The notes under the pieces: model-generated
Database searches by the model: none
The model's input: the letters and a program-made list of their open reading frames with translations, nothing else
Told to the model about the DNA's origin: nothing
Part shown: piece by piece, positions 14,577 through 25,113 of the stretch
Position numbering within the stretch: position 1 is the stretch's first letter
Layout of the letters: every line of letters begins with the position of its first letter
IMG/VR virus record: IMGVR_UViG_3300046534_000186
Location: 1 to 57,480 of that record
Source of the DNA: a virus
Lineage: Duplodnaviria; Caudoviricetes
Length of the DNA: 57,480 nucleotides
Reading direction: 5' to 3' (one strand)
Translations under genes and position numbers: made by a program

Positions 14577-16512
14577 AAGATTATTTTGTGCAGACATTGA
14601 AGCAGATGGACTGCTAGGTGACATAACAAAGTTATGGTGCGCCACAGTAGATCAATTTAGTAATAGGATGGAACCAACTGGAAATCACAGTTATGTAGAA
14701 ATGGCTGACATAGATGAACTATTTACCAACCCCAATAATATTTTAATTATGCACAATGGATTGTCCTATGATGGGCCAGCCATGACAAAAGTAAGAGGTA
14801 TAAAAGTTGAAGCAGAGATTATAGATACTCTATTTCTGTCATGGTACTTGTACCCATTAAGGCAGTTGCATGGATTGAAAGCTTGGGGAGAAGATCTTGG
14901 TATTATAAAGCCTACTGTAGATGATTGGACGACACAGCCGCTAGAAGTCTATGTAGAACGCTGTGAAGAGGACGTAAAAATACAGACAGCTCTTTGGAAA
15001 CAGATGTGGAAACATCTAATGTTAATGTACAAAACTCCTGCGGCATGTTGGCACATTATTAGGCACATAACATTTAAAGCCAAGTGTGCTGCTTTACAAG
15101 AAAAAGATCGCTGGAAGTTAGATGTGGATGGTACTATAGCCGCTGAAGCTATGTTCGTAGAAAAGTATGAACTAGCAAAAGCAGCCTTAACTGAGCGCTT
15201 ACCTGACGTACCAGAGTACTCTGTAAGGAAGAGGCCAAAGAAGTGCTTTAACGCTAATGGTTCTATATCAAAACTTGGAGAAAGGTGGAGAGCACTTGTC
15301 GAGGAGGAAGTTGACCCTGAGGAGTACTACCACGGAGACCCTTTAGATCACCAAGAGAATGTAAGAGTTATCATAGGGTACAAAGAGCCTAACGCAGGGT
15401 CTAGCCAGCAGATTAAGAATTGGCTTACTAACTTAGGGTGGGTTCCAGAATCCTTTAAATACATTAGGGATAAAGAAACAAACAAAGTTAGATCTATTCC
15501 TCAAATCAAAAATCAAGAGACTGAGGAATTATGCGAAAGCATAGCAAGGCTTATAGGTCAAGAGCCAGCTATTGAGCATTTGAGAGAGATGTCTATAGTC
15601 AAGCATCGTATAACAGTAGTCCAAGGATTCTTAAAGAACGTGGATGACGATGGATATGTCTATGCAGCCGTACAAGGACTTACTAACACTCTAAGGTTTA
15701 AGCACAAGATTTGTTGTAATATACCATCTAATCGAAAGTTATACGGAGAATTAATCCGTGGCTTACTACAGGCAAGATCCCCTGAGATGGAATTATGTGG
15801 ATCTGACCTAGATAGCTTAGAAGATAGAACAAAGCAGCATTATATGTGGAAGCATGACCCTGAATATGTAATGGAAATGATGAAGCCTGACTTTGATCCT
15901 CATTGTGATATGGCTATAGCTGCAAATCTAATGACCCCTATGGATGCAGTTAAGTATAAGTCGTTTGATAAAACGTCAGCCTCACCTGAAGAATTTACTA
16001 CTCACTCGGCTTTAGCACTGGTACGCCACGCAGGTAAAAGCACTAACTATGCGGCAACCTATGGTGCAACAGGGCCAACTATAGCCCGCAGTGCTGGTGT
16101 TGAAGAGGAAGTTGGAGATGTATTGCACGAAGCTTACTGGAAACGTAACTGGTCATTAATAGCTATAGCTGATGAATGTATAACTATGAAGTCAAGAAAC
16201 ATGGAGTGGCTGTGGAACCCTGTTGCAAATATATGGATATACCTTAAGGCAAAGAAAGATCGCTTCAGTACGTTGAACCAGAGTACAGCTACCTACGCGT
16301 TTGATCGTTGGGTGTTTCATATATTGGAGATGCGTACACAGATGACAGGGCAGTTTCATGATGAAGTTGTGCTAGAGCTTAAGAAGGGTCACAGAGATGA
16401 TATGACAGATTTACTAAACAAAGCAATGGACAAGGTAAATGATGAACTACAACTTAACAGGAAACTTAGTTGTGGTACTGAATTTGGAAATAGCTATGCA
16501 GAAGTCCACTAG
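14569..16512 (+). CDS. Family A DNA polymerase with 3'-5' exonuclease (T7 gp5-like)
   Basis: ExoI DIEADGL, ExoII HNGLSYD, motif A DLDSLE, motif B RHAGKSTNYAATYG, motif C HDE. Confidence 0.95.
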   Translation: MSKRLFCADIEADGLLGDITKLWCATVDQFSNRMEPTGNHSYVEMADIDELFTNPNNILIMHNGLSYDGPAMTKVRGIKVEAEIIDTLFLSWYLYPLRQLHGLKAWGEDLGIIKPTVDDWTTQPLEVYVERCEEDVKIQTALWKQMWKHLMLMYKTPAACWHIIRHITFKAKCAALQEKDRWKLDVDGTIAAEAMFVEKYELAKAALTERLPDVPEYSVRKRPKKCFNANGSISKLGERWRALVEEEVDPEEYYHGDPLDHQENVRVIIGYKEPNAGSSQQIKNWLTNLGWVPESFKYIRDKETNKVRSIPQIKNQETEELCESIARLIGQEPAIEHLREMSIVKHRITVVQGFLKNVDDDGYVYAAVQGLTNTLRFKHKICCNIPSNRKLYGELIRGLLQARSPEMELCGSDLDSLEDRTKQHYMWKHDPEYVMEMMKPDFDPHCDMAIAANLMTPMDAVKYKSFDKTSASPEEFTTHSALALVRHAGKSTNYAATYGATGPTIARSAGVEEEVGDVLHEAYWKRNWSLIAIADECITMKSRNMEWLWNPVANIWIYLKAKKDRFSTLNQSTATYAFDRWVFHILEMRTQMTGQFHDEVVLELKKGHRDDMTDLLNKAMDKVNDELQLNRKLSCGTEFGNSYAEVH

Positions 16513-16672
16513 CGTTATTCATAGGTGTGTAAAGTGCAATACAGTTAACAAACTACATGATCTTAGGAAATGTAATAAGATTAAAAATTGCACTCTAGAT
16601 TTTAGTCGTAAGTTTAAAAGATGTTCTAACTGTGATAGTAGAGTATTTTACAACACAATTGGAGATAGTTAA
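16496..16672 (+). CDS. Small Zn-ribbon protein
   Basis: CVKC...CSNC; start uncertain (track 16439). Confidence 0.55.
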   Translation: MQKSTSVIHRCVKCNTVNKLHDLRKCNKIKNCTLDFSRKFKRCSNCDSRVFYNTIGDS

Positions 16673-16930
16673 ATGTTGATGGGACTACTAGTATGTATAG
16701 CTTCCTTTGCTACAGTATTCTTACTAGGGCTAAATAGTAAACTACTCAGGGATGATAAGATAATGGCAGGTGCTTTGATAAGTTGGTTATTAACTTGTGC
16801 TCAGTATGCCATGACTTGGGCAGTTATTCACGCTGGGCTAGGCACAATAGAATACATATTGTGGGCTGGCGTGGGTGGCTGTGTAGGTATAACTTTAAGT
16901 CAGTATTGTTACAAATGGTGGCAACTTTAG
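16673..16930 (+). CDS. Small membrane protein
   Basis: About three hydrophobic helices. Confidence 0.7.
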   Translation: MLMGLLVCIASFATVFLLGLNSKLLRDDKIMAGALISWLLTCAQYAMTWAVIHAGLGTIEYILWAGVGGCVGITLSQYCYKWWQL

Positions 16931-16939
16931 GAGAGATTA

Positions 16940-17641
16940 ATGTTTGATTTCGGCAATAACAAGGCGGGTATAATGAATAATATGAAACTGATATACTGGT
17001 GCGGTGATGCCATTAGAGACCAAGTTACATTAGGTAAGACGTACTCTATATCTAATAAAGGAAACTTCTGTGCAGATGACGGAGGATTAAGGGATTTCGA
17101 GCAAGGACAATGGGAATATATAAATGATGAATTCATTGTTACCAATGAGGTACTAGGTTACTTTGGGAAAAAGTGTGAGGTTAGTATTGGTAATGAAGAA
17201 AATGTAGATAACCCAGATGGATTAGCAGATCAGGAGTATGAAGATAATTCTAATATCAAGTACGATGATATTCCTAACCAAACTACTGCTCAAGCAATTA
17301 AGTGGCGTTTAGCCCACCCAGAGGAAGACCAAGCATTACGCTACAATACTGGGAAGAGTCAGCTTAGTTACATGCTAGAAGCTGACGTAGCTATGAAGGG
17401 TATGTGTTCAGTGTTTGAGTTTGGTGCTAAAAAGTATGCTCGTAGCAACTGGAAGAAAGGTTTATCAGTTAATGAGATTATGGATAGTTTGCTTAGGCAC
17501 ATGACAGCCCTCGCTAACGGTGAAGTAATAGATCCAGAGTCAAGGCTGCCCCATGTAGATCACATTACTTGTAATGCTGTGTTCTTAGCAACCTTTGGTG
17601 AGCGTGTTAATAAAGGCCCAGATACAAGAGACATGCTATGA
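16940..17641 (+). CDS. dATP/dGTP diphosphohydrolase-domain (DUF5664-type) protein with an extra N-terminal domain
   Basis: RYNTGK...FGAKKY..NWKKG...DSLLRH...DPESRLPHVDH..CN. Confidence 0.75.
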   Translation: MFDFGNNKAGIMNNMKLIYWCGDAIRDQVTLGKTYSISNKGNFCADDGGLRDFEQGQWEYINDEFIVTNEVLGYFGKKCEVSIGNEENVDNPDGLADQEYEDNSNIKYDDIPNQTTAQAIKWRLAHPEEDQALRYNTGKSQLSYMLEADVAMKGMCSVFEFGAKKYARSNWKKGLSVNEIMDSLLRHMTALANGEVIDPESRLPHVDHITCNAVFLATFGERVNKGPDTRDML

Positions 17642-18726
17642 GTAGTTGGAGAGATAAGAGTTATGAGGAGTCTCCAGCAGGACAGCTAGAAATGGAAAAG
17701 AAGCAGGCAAATGAACTAGTACAGTGCCAGACACCAAAGAGCACTCCTACTTATGACTACCCCGCACCTGTTCAAGCAGCAGAGGCTCAAGCAAACATAT
17801 TCTGGTTGCCCACTGAGCCGAAGGTAGAGAAAGACTTGCATTGCATCAAGACAGAGCTTGCTCCTTCTGAGTTGCATGGGGTTATGACAACTCTAAAGCT
17901 ATTTACTTTATACGAGCAAGTAGCTGGAAATGAGTATTGGGGAGGGCGCTTTAAGCGTATGTTCCCTAGGCCAGACTTTAGAAGAATGGCAATGGCTTTT
18001 GCTAATGTAGAGATAAATGTACACGCACCCTTCTACCAGCGAGTGGATGAACTATTAGGTTTGAATACTGACGAGTTCTATACTTCGTTTACTGATGATC
18101 CGGTGCTATCATCTCGTATGCAATTCCTTAGCGATATCATTTCACGAGATGATGACCTACTATCAGTAGCATCATTCTCTATGGTAGAGGGAGCTATCTT
18201 GTATAGCAGCTTTGCATTCCTTATGAGTTTTCAAGCTAATGGCAAGAATAAGATACAAAACATACACGCAGGTTTAGCATTTTCAGTTAAGGATGAAAAC
18301 CTACACAGTGAAGGTGGTGCTTGGGCATACCGTACATTATTGCAAGAAAGAGAAGCCCAAGGCTACTCAGACCATCTTAACCTTTATGACAGGATTAATA
18401 AAGCTGCTAAAATGATCTATGAACACGAAGAAAAGATCATTGATATGATATTTTCAGAAGGCTCTATAAGTGGTGTTAGTGCATCCGACTTAAGGTTATT
18501 TGTTAAGCACAGGATAAACTTGTGCCTAAAGCAGCTTGGTATGCTTCCAATATTTGTCGAGGCTAGATCACCTATTCAAGACTGGTTCTATGATATGATT
18601 GGAGGAGATACTCAACATGATTTCTTTGCCAAGATAGGTTCTAGTTACAACAGAAACTGGTCACGCGCCTCATTTAGGTGGATTGTAGGTGGCCTAAACG
18701 CGAGGAACTACAATGAGCTTGTTTGA
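17638..18726 (+). CDS. nrdB: Ribonucleotide reductase class I beta subunit
   Basis: FWLPTE, EINVH..FY, EGAILYSSF, DENLH di-metal ligands, HDFF. Confidence 0.93.
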   Translation: MSSWRDKSYEESPAGQLEMEKKQANELVQCQTPKSTPTYDYPAPVQAAEAQANIFWLPTEPKVEKDLHCIKTELAPSELHGVMTTLKLFTLYEQVAGNEYWGGRFKRMFPRPDFRRMAMAFANVEINVHAPFYQRVDELLGLNTDEFYTSFTDDPVLSSRMQFLSDIISRDDDLLSVASFSMVEGAILYSSFAFLMSFQANGKNKIQNIHAGLAFSVKDENLHSEGGAWAYRTLLQEREAQGYSDHLNLYDRINKAAKMIYEHEEKIIDMIFSEGSISGVSASDLRLFVKHRINLCLKQLGMLPIFVEARSPIQDWFYDMIGGDTQHDFFAKIGSSYNRNWSRASFRWIVGGLNARNYNELV

Positions 18727-20404
18727 AGAATTGTCTGCTGAAAGAAAACAGCTACAGCAGGAGGACGACTTACCTAATTGGTTTACTACACTAGGATGGC
18801 AAGCTTTCAAAGGTAAGTACCTGTATGAAGCAGATACTTATGAAGAGCAAATAGATAGAATTGTAGATGCAGTATCTAAGTTTTGCCCAACACATAGTAA
18901 TTACTTTTCCATACGCTGGAAGCAGATGTTAATGGATAACCATGCTTACCTAGCCACTCCTGTACTTGCCAACACAGGCACTAGCCGAGGCTTATCAGTA
19001 TCTTGCTCTGGTAGTAAGGTAGGTGATAGTGTGTATGATTTTGGTATGGCACGACTAGAGGGATCAATACTCTCTCAAGAAGGTTTTGGCACTAGCTCAT
19101 ACTTAGGAGACATTAGGCCAAGAGGGTCAGTCATATCTCGTGGCGGGACTGCTGATGGCATACTACCCGTATTTAAAGATATGGTAACTATGGCAGACAA
19201 TGTTAGTCAAGGGTCTACACGAAGAGGAGCATGGGCGGGTTACTTACCTATGAGTAGCGGGGACTTCTGGGAAATAGCTAACGAAGTCAAGAATAACCCA
19301 GATGGAAGCAACCTTGGTTGGAATATCTATGATGACAATTTAAAAAGACTGAACACTGGAGACCTAGAAGATATAAAAAGGTTTCAAGAAACACAGTATT
19401 TAAAGTGCGTAACAGGAAAAGGATATTACTACTTCCCTGATAAAGTGGAGAGAGCACAACCTCAGATGTATAAAGACCTAGGACTTAAAAGCCTAGCTAG
19501 CAATTTGTGTACGGAAATAACACTACATGCTGATGAAGACCACAGCTACACTTGTGTTTTGTCTGGTATGGTTGCTACAACTTGGGATGAATGGAAAGAT
19601 ACAGATGCAGTGTATTGCATGACAGTATTTCTAGATTGCCTACTAGAGGAATTCTTATCACTAGCTAGAGAAATTCCAGGACTTGAAAAGATAGTTGCAG
19701 GTACTGAAAAGGGCCGAGCTATTGGTCTAGGGATTACGGGCTACCATTCAGCCTTACAGCAAAAGGAATATACATGGGGAGGATTTGATGCTCACATGTT
19801 TAATATGGAACTGTTTAGGCACTTAGAGTCAGAGAGCTTGAAAGCTAGCCACTGGATGGCTATGAGATGGGGAGAGCCTGAATGGTGTGAGGGCTATGGT
19901 GTAAGAAATACACATAGGACAGCATTAGCACCTAATGTAAGCTCATCCCTTATATTTGGGAGTGAGTCGCAAGGCTGCACACCTTGGTATGGTAATGTCT
20001 ATTACGAAGGATCAGCTTCTGGCGAGATGTATAGAGTAAACCCAGTGTTTATAAAGATACTTAAGAAGCATGGAGAATATAAAGATAGCGTACTAAAAGA
20101 TGTCTTGAGTGACAACGGTAGTGTGCAGAAATTAAACTTCTTAACAGATCATGAGAAAGAAATTTTACTAACAGCGTTTGAGATAAATCAGATCTCAATC
20201 ATCGATACTGTCTCTCGTAGGCAGAAATTTATTTGTCAAGGCCAAAGTTGTAACCTTTTCTTCGCAGCAGATGAAGAAGAAGAATACATATCTTATGTGC
20301 ATCAGTATGCTTTCGAGGACGAAAATATAAAATCTTTGTATTACCTTCGTAGCAAGTCAGGTGTCACGGCCAGTAGAGGAGGGTGTGAATCCTGTGAAAG
20401 CTAG
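18713..20404 (+). CDS. nrdA: Ribonucleotide reductase class I alpha subunit
   Basis: ATPVLAN, VSC, RRGA, SNLCTEI, APNVSSS, YYLRS, C-terminal CESC. Confidence 0.95.
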   Translation: MSLFEELSAERKQLQQEDDLPNWFTTLGWQAFKGKYLYEADTYEEQIDRIVDAVSKFCPTHSNYFSIRWKQMLMDNHAYLATPVLANTGTSRGLSVSCSGSKVGDSVYDFGMARLEGSILSQEGFGTSSYLGDIRPRGSVISRGGTADGILPVFKDMVTMADNVSQGSTRRGAWAGYLPMSSGDFWEIANEVKNNPDGSNLGWNIYDDNLKRLNTGDLEDIKRFQETQYLKCVTGKGYYYFPDKVERAQPQMYKDLGLKSLASNLCTEITLHADEDHSYTCVLSGMVATTWDEWKDTDAVYCMTVFLDCLLEEFLSLAREIPGLEKIVAGTEKGRAIGLGITGYHSALQQKEYTWGGFDAHMFNMELFRHLESESLKASHWMAMRWGEPEWCEGYGVRNTHRTALAPNVSSSLIFGSESQGCTPWYGNVYYEGSASGEMYRVNPVFIKILKKHGEYKDSVLKDVLSDNGSVQKLNFLTDHEKEILLTAFEINQISIIDTVSRRQKFICQGQSCNLFFAADEEEEYISYVHQYAFEDENIKSLYYLRSKSGVTASRGGCESCES

Positions 20405-20771
20405 AAGAAGACACAACACGCAAGAAACCAATGATAATGTAATGAACTTAATTACAGACATAACCAATTGGCACTATGATCGCAACCTTATTGATGGGTC
20501 TACTAACAAAGACCAGTTCTTGAAACTCATTCAAGAGTGTGGTGAGCTGTCAGATAATATCTGTAGAGGATTTAATATTTCTGATGATATCGGGGATATT
20601 ATTGTAGTGCTAATCAATATTGCTGAACGCAGTAATCTGTCTATACACGGATGCTTAGAAATGGCCTACGATGATATCAAAGACCGTAAAGGTCAGATGG
20701 TAGATGGGGTGTTTGTTAAGGAAGCTGATGATATATATTTAGGTACACCGGAGCCAGTTGATCTCATATAA
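20361..20771 (+). CDS. MazG-like nucleotide pyrophosphohydrolase (start uncertain)
   Basis: QFLKLIQECGEL...DDIGD...AYDDIKDRKG..VDGVFVKE. Confidence 0.8.
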   Translation: MSRPVEEGVNPVKARRRHNTQETNDNVMNLITDITNWHYDRNLIDGSTNKDQFLKLIQECGELSDNICRGFNISDDIGDIIVVLINIAERSNLSIHGCLEMAYDDIKDRKGQMVDGVFVKEADDIYLGTPEPVDLI

Positions 20772-20888
20772 GTTTCTATGAAATAGAGTCCGTAAGTCCG
20801 TTAGAAGTAGGTAGGACAGCCTAGTACAAAACAGCCCGCTGGCAACGTACTGCCAACCTATATATATAACCTAACCAAGAGAATAATT

Positions 20889-21656
20889 ATGGCAACAGCA
20901 GAGAAGAAAGAAACAAACATTAAAACTATGCGTGATGTTATCTTCATGTACTCCTCAGTAAATCGTGCTGTCGAGCAGTTAAACACAGATAAGAAGCCTC
21001 CAATCAGTGCTCCTACATCTCCTACCTTTAACCTTGAGTTTCATTCATTTGAAATCAAGATACTTATTTCTGAAGCTAGATTTAAGAAAGAGCTTAAGAA
21101 GGAGTTCAAGGCCGCCAAGAACTTGCCACATGTCAAGGAAATGGAGAAAGATGATCTACTAGAAAAGTATGATTGCTTAAAAGCTGAAGACCTAGAAGAT
21201 GAAATGATCCTAGTTAAGTTTAGCCAGACTGCGTTAGTAGGTAAAGCTAATGCTGAAGGAGTTCGTAAGCAATCGTTTCCTATCAAGCAGATTGGTATTA
21301 AAGGTAAAGTTCAAGACCTAAACGGCTTACCTATTGACCAAGACACATCCCTTGGTAATGGCACAAAGGGTCACTTTCAATTTCGCCCTGTAGATGGCCC
21401 AAACGGTCAATACCTATACCCGCAGACAGTATGTGTTACTGAGCTGATTGAGTATGTTGGTGGTGGGGCAGAAGAAGATCTCGACTCGTTAGGTCTAGAA
21501 GACCTTGACGAAGCTGACATGGAAGCTGAAGCTTTTGACCAAGAAGCTGAAGCACAAGGAATTAAGGCACAAGAAGCTGAAGATGAACGATTAGCTGACC
21601 GAATAGCAAAAGAAGAAGCTGCACCAATGGACGATGATACAGGATCAATGTTCTAG
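20889..21656 (+). CDS. Probable single-stranded DNA-binding protein (T7 gp2.5-like)
   Basis: LGNGTKG, V-x-ELIEY, long acidic tail ending in Phe. Confidence 0.7.
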   Translation: MATAEKKETNIKTMRDVIFMYSSVNRAVEQLNTDKKPPISAPTSPTFNLEFHSFEIKILISEARFKKELKKEFKAAKNLPHVKEMEKDDLLEKYDCLKAEDLEDEMILVKFSQTALVGKANAEGVRKQSFPIKQIGIKGKVQDLNGLPIDQDTSLGNGTKGHFQFRPVDGPNGQYLYPQTVCVTELIEYVGGGAEEDLDSLGLEDLDEADMEAEAFDQEAEAQGIKAQEAEDERLADRIAKEEAAPMDDDTGSMF

Positions 21657-21671
21657 GAACGTAGTAGCTTG

Positions 21672-21703
21672 GCCCTAACCTACAGTTAGGGCTTTCTTGT
21701 TTT
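21672..21703 (+). terminator. Rho-independent terminator
   Basis: GCCCTAAC-CTACA-GTTAGGGC-TTTCTTGTTTT; near copy of the 9686 terminator. Confidence 0.8.
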
Positions 21704-21718
21704 AATTTGGAGAAGTTT

Positions 21719-22624
21719 ATGTCTTTAGAAGACTTGGGGTTAATTGACTACGAGATAGTTGATAAGACCCTACACATAGATGGCGATATAGTCATCTACC
21801 AACCTTGTTGCGTATTTAACGAAGACGATGACCAGTCTCGTAGAATGATTGCTAAGTATGTAAACAAGAAAATCGACGACTTGATGACTGCTGCTGGGTG
21901 CAACTCCTACATTATGTTTGTTACTACTAACTTTAACTTCCGTAACCATTTAGTTGACGACTACAAAGCAAACAGAAGTGATAAAGATAAGCCTGTTAAT
22001 CTGGCATGGGCAAAGCAGTGGGGTGTTAAGAACTTAAACACTCACTATGTAAAGTGGCTAGAGGCTGATGATTTGCTTGGTATTTACCAAACAGAAGAGA
22101 CAGTTCTATGGAGTCTTGACAAAGACCTCAGACAAGTCAAGGGCTACCATTTAGATGATGCTACACAGAAAATTGTTAGTATCTCTGATAATGGGTCTCT
22201 TAAAAAGGAAGTTATATACAAGCCAGATGGAAGAATTAAGAAAACTAAGTATCATTTCACAGGCACAATTGGCCTATACTTCCAAATGCTATCTGGAGAC
22301 TCAACCGACTGGATTGTAGGTTGTGGTAAGAGAAACCCAAGGCCAGAAGGTAAGACTGTAAGAGCAGGAATAGGACAAGGCAAAGCCTACGACATCTTAA
22401 TGAAAGCTGGCAGCATAGAAGCAGGTCTGTTGGCAGTAGCTGACGAATATTGTAAATTACATAAGGGCAACTGGCAGAAAGAGTTAGAAACTCAAGCCAA
22501 CCTACTATTTATGGTTCGAGAAATCGATGGCAATATTATTAAAAGATGGACATTCGACAAGCGTGACGAGTATATGAACATTGTCACAGGAGAAATTACT
22601 GATGGCAATAGTAAGACTACTTAA
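21719..22624 (+). CDS. 5'-3' exonuclease (T7 gp6/FEN-like)
   Basis: IDGD, NFR..YKANR, EADD, DKDLRQ, GDSTD. Confidence 0.9.
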   Translation: MSLEDLGLIDYEIVDKTLHIDGDIVIYQPCCVFNEDDDQSRRMIAKYVNKKIDDLMTAAGCNSYIMFVTTNFNFRNHLVDDYKANRSDKDKPVNLAWAKQWGVKNLNTHYVKWLEADDLLGIYQTEETVLWSLDKDLRQVKGYHLDDATQKIVSISDNGSLKKEVIYKPDGRIKKTKYHFTGTIGLYFQMLSGDSTDWIVGCGKRNPRPEGKTVRAGIGQGKAYDILMKAGSIEAGLLAVADEYCKLHKGNWQKELETQANLLFMVREIDGNIIKRWTFDKRDEYMNIVTGEITDGNSKTT

Positions 22625-22979
22625 AACTGCGGATGACATAAGTACCTATAGGAAAAGCAAGTCAGCACAGCAAAAGTTTAAGTGTCCAATTTGCAATGGC
22701 CCACTACAAACAGGTATAGCGTCAGCTCTAGACCACTCTCACAAGAATGGGAATTGCAGGTCAGTACTTTGTAGGTCTTGTAACGTAGGTGAAGGAAAAG
22801 TTTTAGCAGGGATGTTGTTTAGAACTACCAAGGCTAACTTAGCCTATAGAGATCCCGTAAAATGGCTAAGGAACTTAGCAAACTATATTGAGTATCATGA
22901 GTTAAACCCTAGCGGAGTAATTCACCCGACATTTGATATAAAAACTGGTAAGCAAAAGCCAGTCAAGCGGAGGAAGTAA
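22602..22979 (+). CDS. Endonuclease VII-like resolvase
   Basis: CPIC...LDHSH..G.CR.VLC..CN..EG. Confidence 0.85.
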   Translation: MAIVRLLKTADDISTYRKSKSAQQKFKCPICNGPLQTGIASALDHSHKNGNCRSVLCRSCNVGEGKVLAGMLFRTTKANLAYRDPVKWLRNLANYIEYHELNPSGVIHPTFDIKTGKQKPVKRRK

Positions 22980-23750
22980 ATGAATAGTGACATCATAATA
23001 ATAGCTGATACCCAGGTAGATAGCACATCTCCTACAGATCACTTAAAAGCCTTGTCACACTATATCTGGAAGCACAAACCCAAGCATATTATACACATAG
23101 GAGATCATTGGGATTTCCCTAGCCTTAGTCACTTTGCCTCTAAGTTAGAAAGAGAAAACAGTCGGCTATCTGATGATATGTCTGGAGGTAAGGAAGCTTT
23201 CAAACTAATCATGGAGGAAACAGTTAGACACAACAAGGCTGATAAGAAAAAGGTAATATATGTACCAACCTTAAACTTTACAATGGGGAACCATGAGTAC
23301 AGGTTAAATAGGTACATTGATGAAAATCCTATACTTGAGGGATGCTTTGATATAGAAGGGTTTATAAAATCTGAGGGGTGGGATGTACATCCTTATCTTG
23401 TGCCTTTTTGGATAGAAGGAATATGCTTTATGCACTTCATGCCTAATGCGGCATCTGGTAAGGCAGTAGGAGGAGGTATCGAGAATAAACTTAATAAGTT
23501 TCCTCATAGCTTTGTCCACGGTCATCAACAACAATACCAGTTTGGACGCAGGCAGAACTTAGAAGGAAGGCCACACTTTGGAATATGTGCAGGCTCTTTT
23601 TATATGCATGACGAGGAATACAGAGGGGCTTGCAACACTGAGATACGTGGGTTTGTACACTTAAAGTCTTTTGAAAATAGATATGGGTTTGCTGACCACG
23701 ATGCTGAGTTTGTATCGCTTGAGCGTTTACTAATAGATTACGGGAAGTAA
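22980..23750 (+). CDS. Calcineurin-like metallophosphoesterase
   Basis: DTQ, GDHWD, GNHE, H, GHQQ motifs. Confidence 0.85.
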   Translation: MNSDIIIIADTQVDSTSPTDHLKALSHYIWKHKPKHIIHIGDHWDFPSLSHFASKLERENSRLSDDMSGGKEAFKLIMEETVRHNKADKKKVIYVPTLNFTMGNHEYRLNRYIDENPILEGCFDIEGFIKSEGWDVHPYLVPFWIEGICFMHFMPNAASGKAVGGGIENKLNKFPHSFVHGHQQQYQFGRRQNLEGRPHFGICAGSFYMHDEEYRGACNTEIRGFVHLKSFENRYGFADHDAEFVSLERLLIDYGK

Positions 23751-23752
23751 GA

Positions 23753-23953
23753 ATGATCTTAACAGAACAACAAGTTCTGTCCGATGCGGCAGAGTTGATA
23801 ACCGATTTGGTTACTTCTCTGGACGCGGAGGGTCTGAGCTACGAAGAAAAATCAGAAGCATTGGAAGACGCTAGACGTATATTTGAAAGGACAGAGCGAG
23901 TTCTAAGAATAATGCTTGAACCAGCATCAATAGAAGGTAAACCAATTCATTAG
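23753..23953 (+). CDS. Hypothetical protein
   Basis: 66 aa, tightly packed. Confidence 0.65.
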   Translation: MILTEQQVLSDAAELITDLVTSLDAEGLSYEEKSEALEDARRIFERTERVLRIMLEPASIEGKPIH

Positions 23954-23962
23954 GAGAAACTA

Positions 23963-24154
23963 ATGTACGCGCTATATAAGGTGAGATCAGATTGGCACAA
24001 GTTCTACGAAGTGTTGTTTGTATCAGAATACACTCATAGGCTTATTGTCAGATCAAGGTTATACAAAGAGAATTTGTTAACTGAAGATGAACTTGAAGAT
24101 TTGGATAACGACTGTGAAGATTTTCTAGTTATATTAAAGGTAGAGTTATTATGA
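23963..24154 (+). CDS. Hypothetical protein
   Basis: AGGAG RBS. Confidence 0.65.
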   Translation: MYALYKVRSDWHKFYEVLFVSEYTHRLIVRSRLYKENLLTEDELEDLDNDCEDFLVILKVELL

Positions 24155-25113
24155 ACATATTTCAATTTTTAGGATTACCCAAGGATTATCGTAAGGAAAA
24201 TAAAGTCACACAGCTAGTCAAGCACTGGGACGAGGTAATAGATAAACACAAAGAAGGAAAAAAGTTTGTTACACAAATTAAACGTGATGGAGTATGCTCA
24301 TTAACAGTAGTTAAAGGCTCTAAGATTGCTATATTCTCTAGGACAGGTAAGCAATTTACTAACACAAGTGACTTGATAGAGAAAGTAGATGAACTACGAC
24401 TTCCAGATGGTGTGTATATGGGTGAAATATGGCTACCTAAGGAAGTGTGTTCACTTGAAAAGCTATCTGGTATGGTTAATCCTAACAGGGTAAACTTTCT
24501 TGATATAGATGGAGTGCTACTAACTTCACGACTAAAGTTAAGCTTCTTTGATCTACTTAGCATTGAGTCTTTTATAAGAGGCTCTAACTACTATAAGTTT
24601 AAGGCTCGGCACAGTTCTTTGTCCTATTCAGTAAGACTTAACCCTTCAATAGATGTTCTAGGTGCTACGATAGCAGAAAATGAAGAAGTAATAAATTCTT
24701 ACTTTAAATCTGCTACTGATGTCGGGGAAGAAGGTATAGTAATTAGAGATCCTGACGCAAGTTGGGAAGCTGGTCACAAGGGCTGGAGAGTCATGAAGAT
24801 GGTTCGTGGAATTGATTACGATCTCAAGTGCATTGGTTGGGAAGAAGGTACTGGAAAGTATGCTGGTAAGGTGGCTAACCTGATCTTTGAATGGAAAGAT
24901 GGTAAGACTGTAAAGGCTATGCTTGGTAAAGGATGGACTCATAATATGGCTGAGCAAATGTTCCGTGATATCATAGTTGGATCTACTGAGGATGAGAGCT
25001 ATCCTCTGGGTAATATCTTCCAAGTGTATGCGCTAGAAGAGAGCAGCAAAGGTAAGCTTCGCCTCCCTAAAGTAGGTGAGCGAAGGTTTGATAAAGGAGA
25101 GCCAGATGTTTAA
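24151..25113 (+). CDS. ATP-dependent DNA ligase
   Basis: Motif I KRDG, SRTGK, GE, FD, EGIVIR, C-terminal LRLP...RFDK. Confidence 0.9.
   Translation: MNIFQFLGLPKDYRKENKVTQLVKHWDEVIDKHKEGKKFVTQIKRDGVCSLTVVKGSKIAIFSRTGKQFTNTSDLIEKVDELRLPDGVYMGEIWLPKEVCSLEKLSGMVNPNRVNFLDIDGVLLTSRLKLSFFDLLSIESFIRGSNYYKFKARHSSLSYSVRLNPSIDVLGATIAENEEVINSYFKSATDVGEEGIVIRDPDASWEAGHKGWRVMKMVRGIDYDLKCIGWEEGTGKYAGKVANLIFEWKDGKTVKAMLGKGWTHNMAEQMFRDIIVGSTEDESYPLGNIFQVYALEESSKGKLRLPKVGERRFDKGEPDV

Noticed and set aside
16940-17641. 2-aminoadenine (Z) genome system
   Set aside because: No PurZ/adenylosuccinate synthetase-like gene and no HD-family DatZ recognised in the genome
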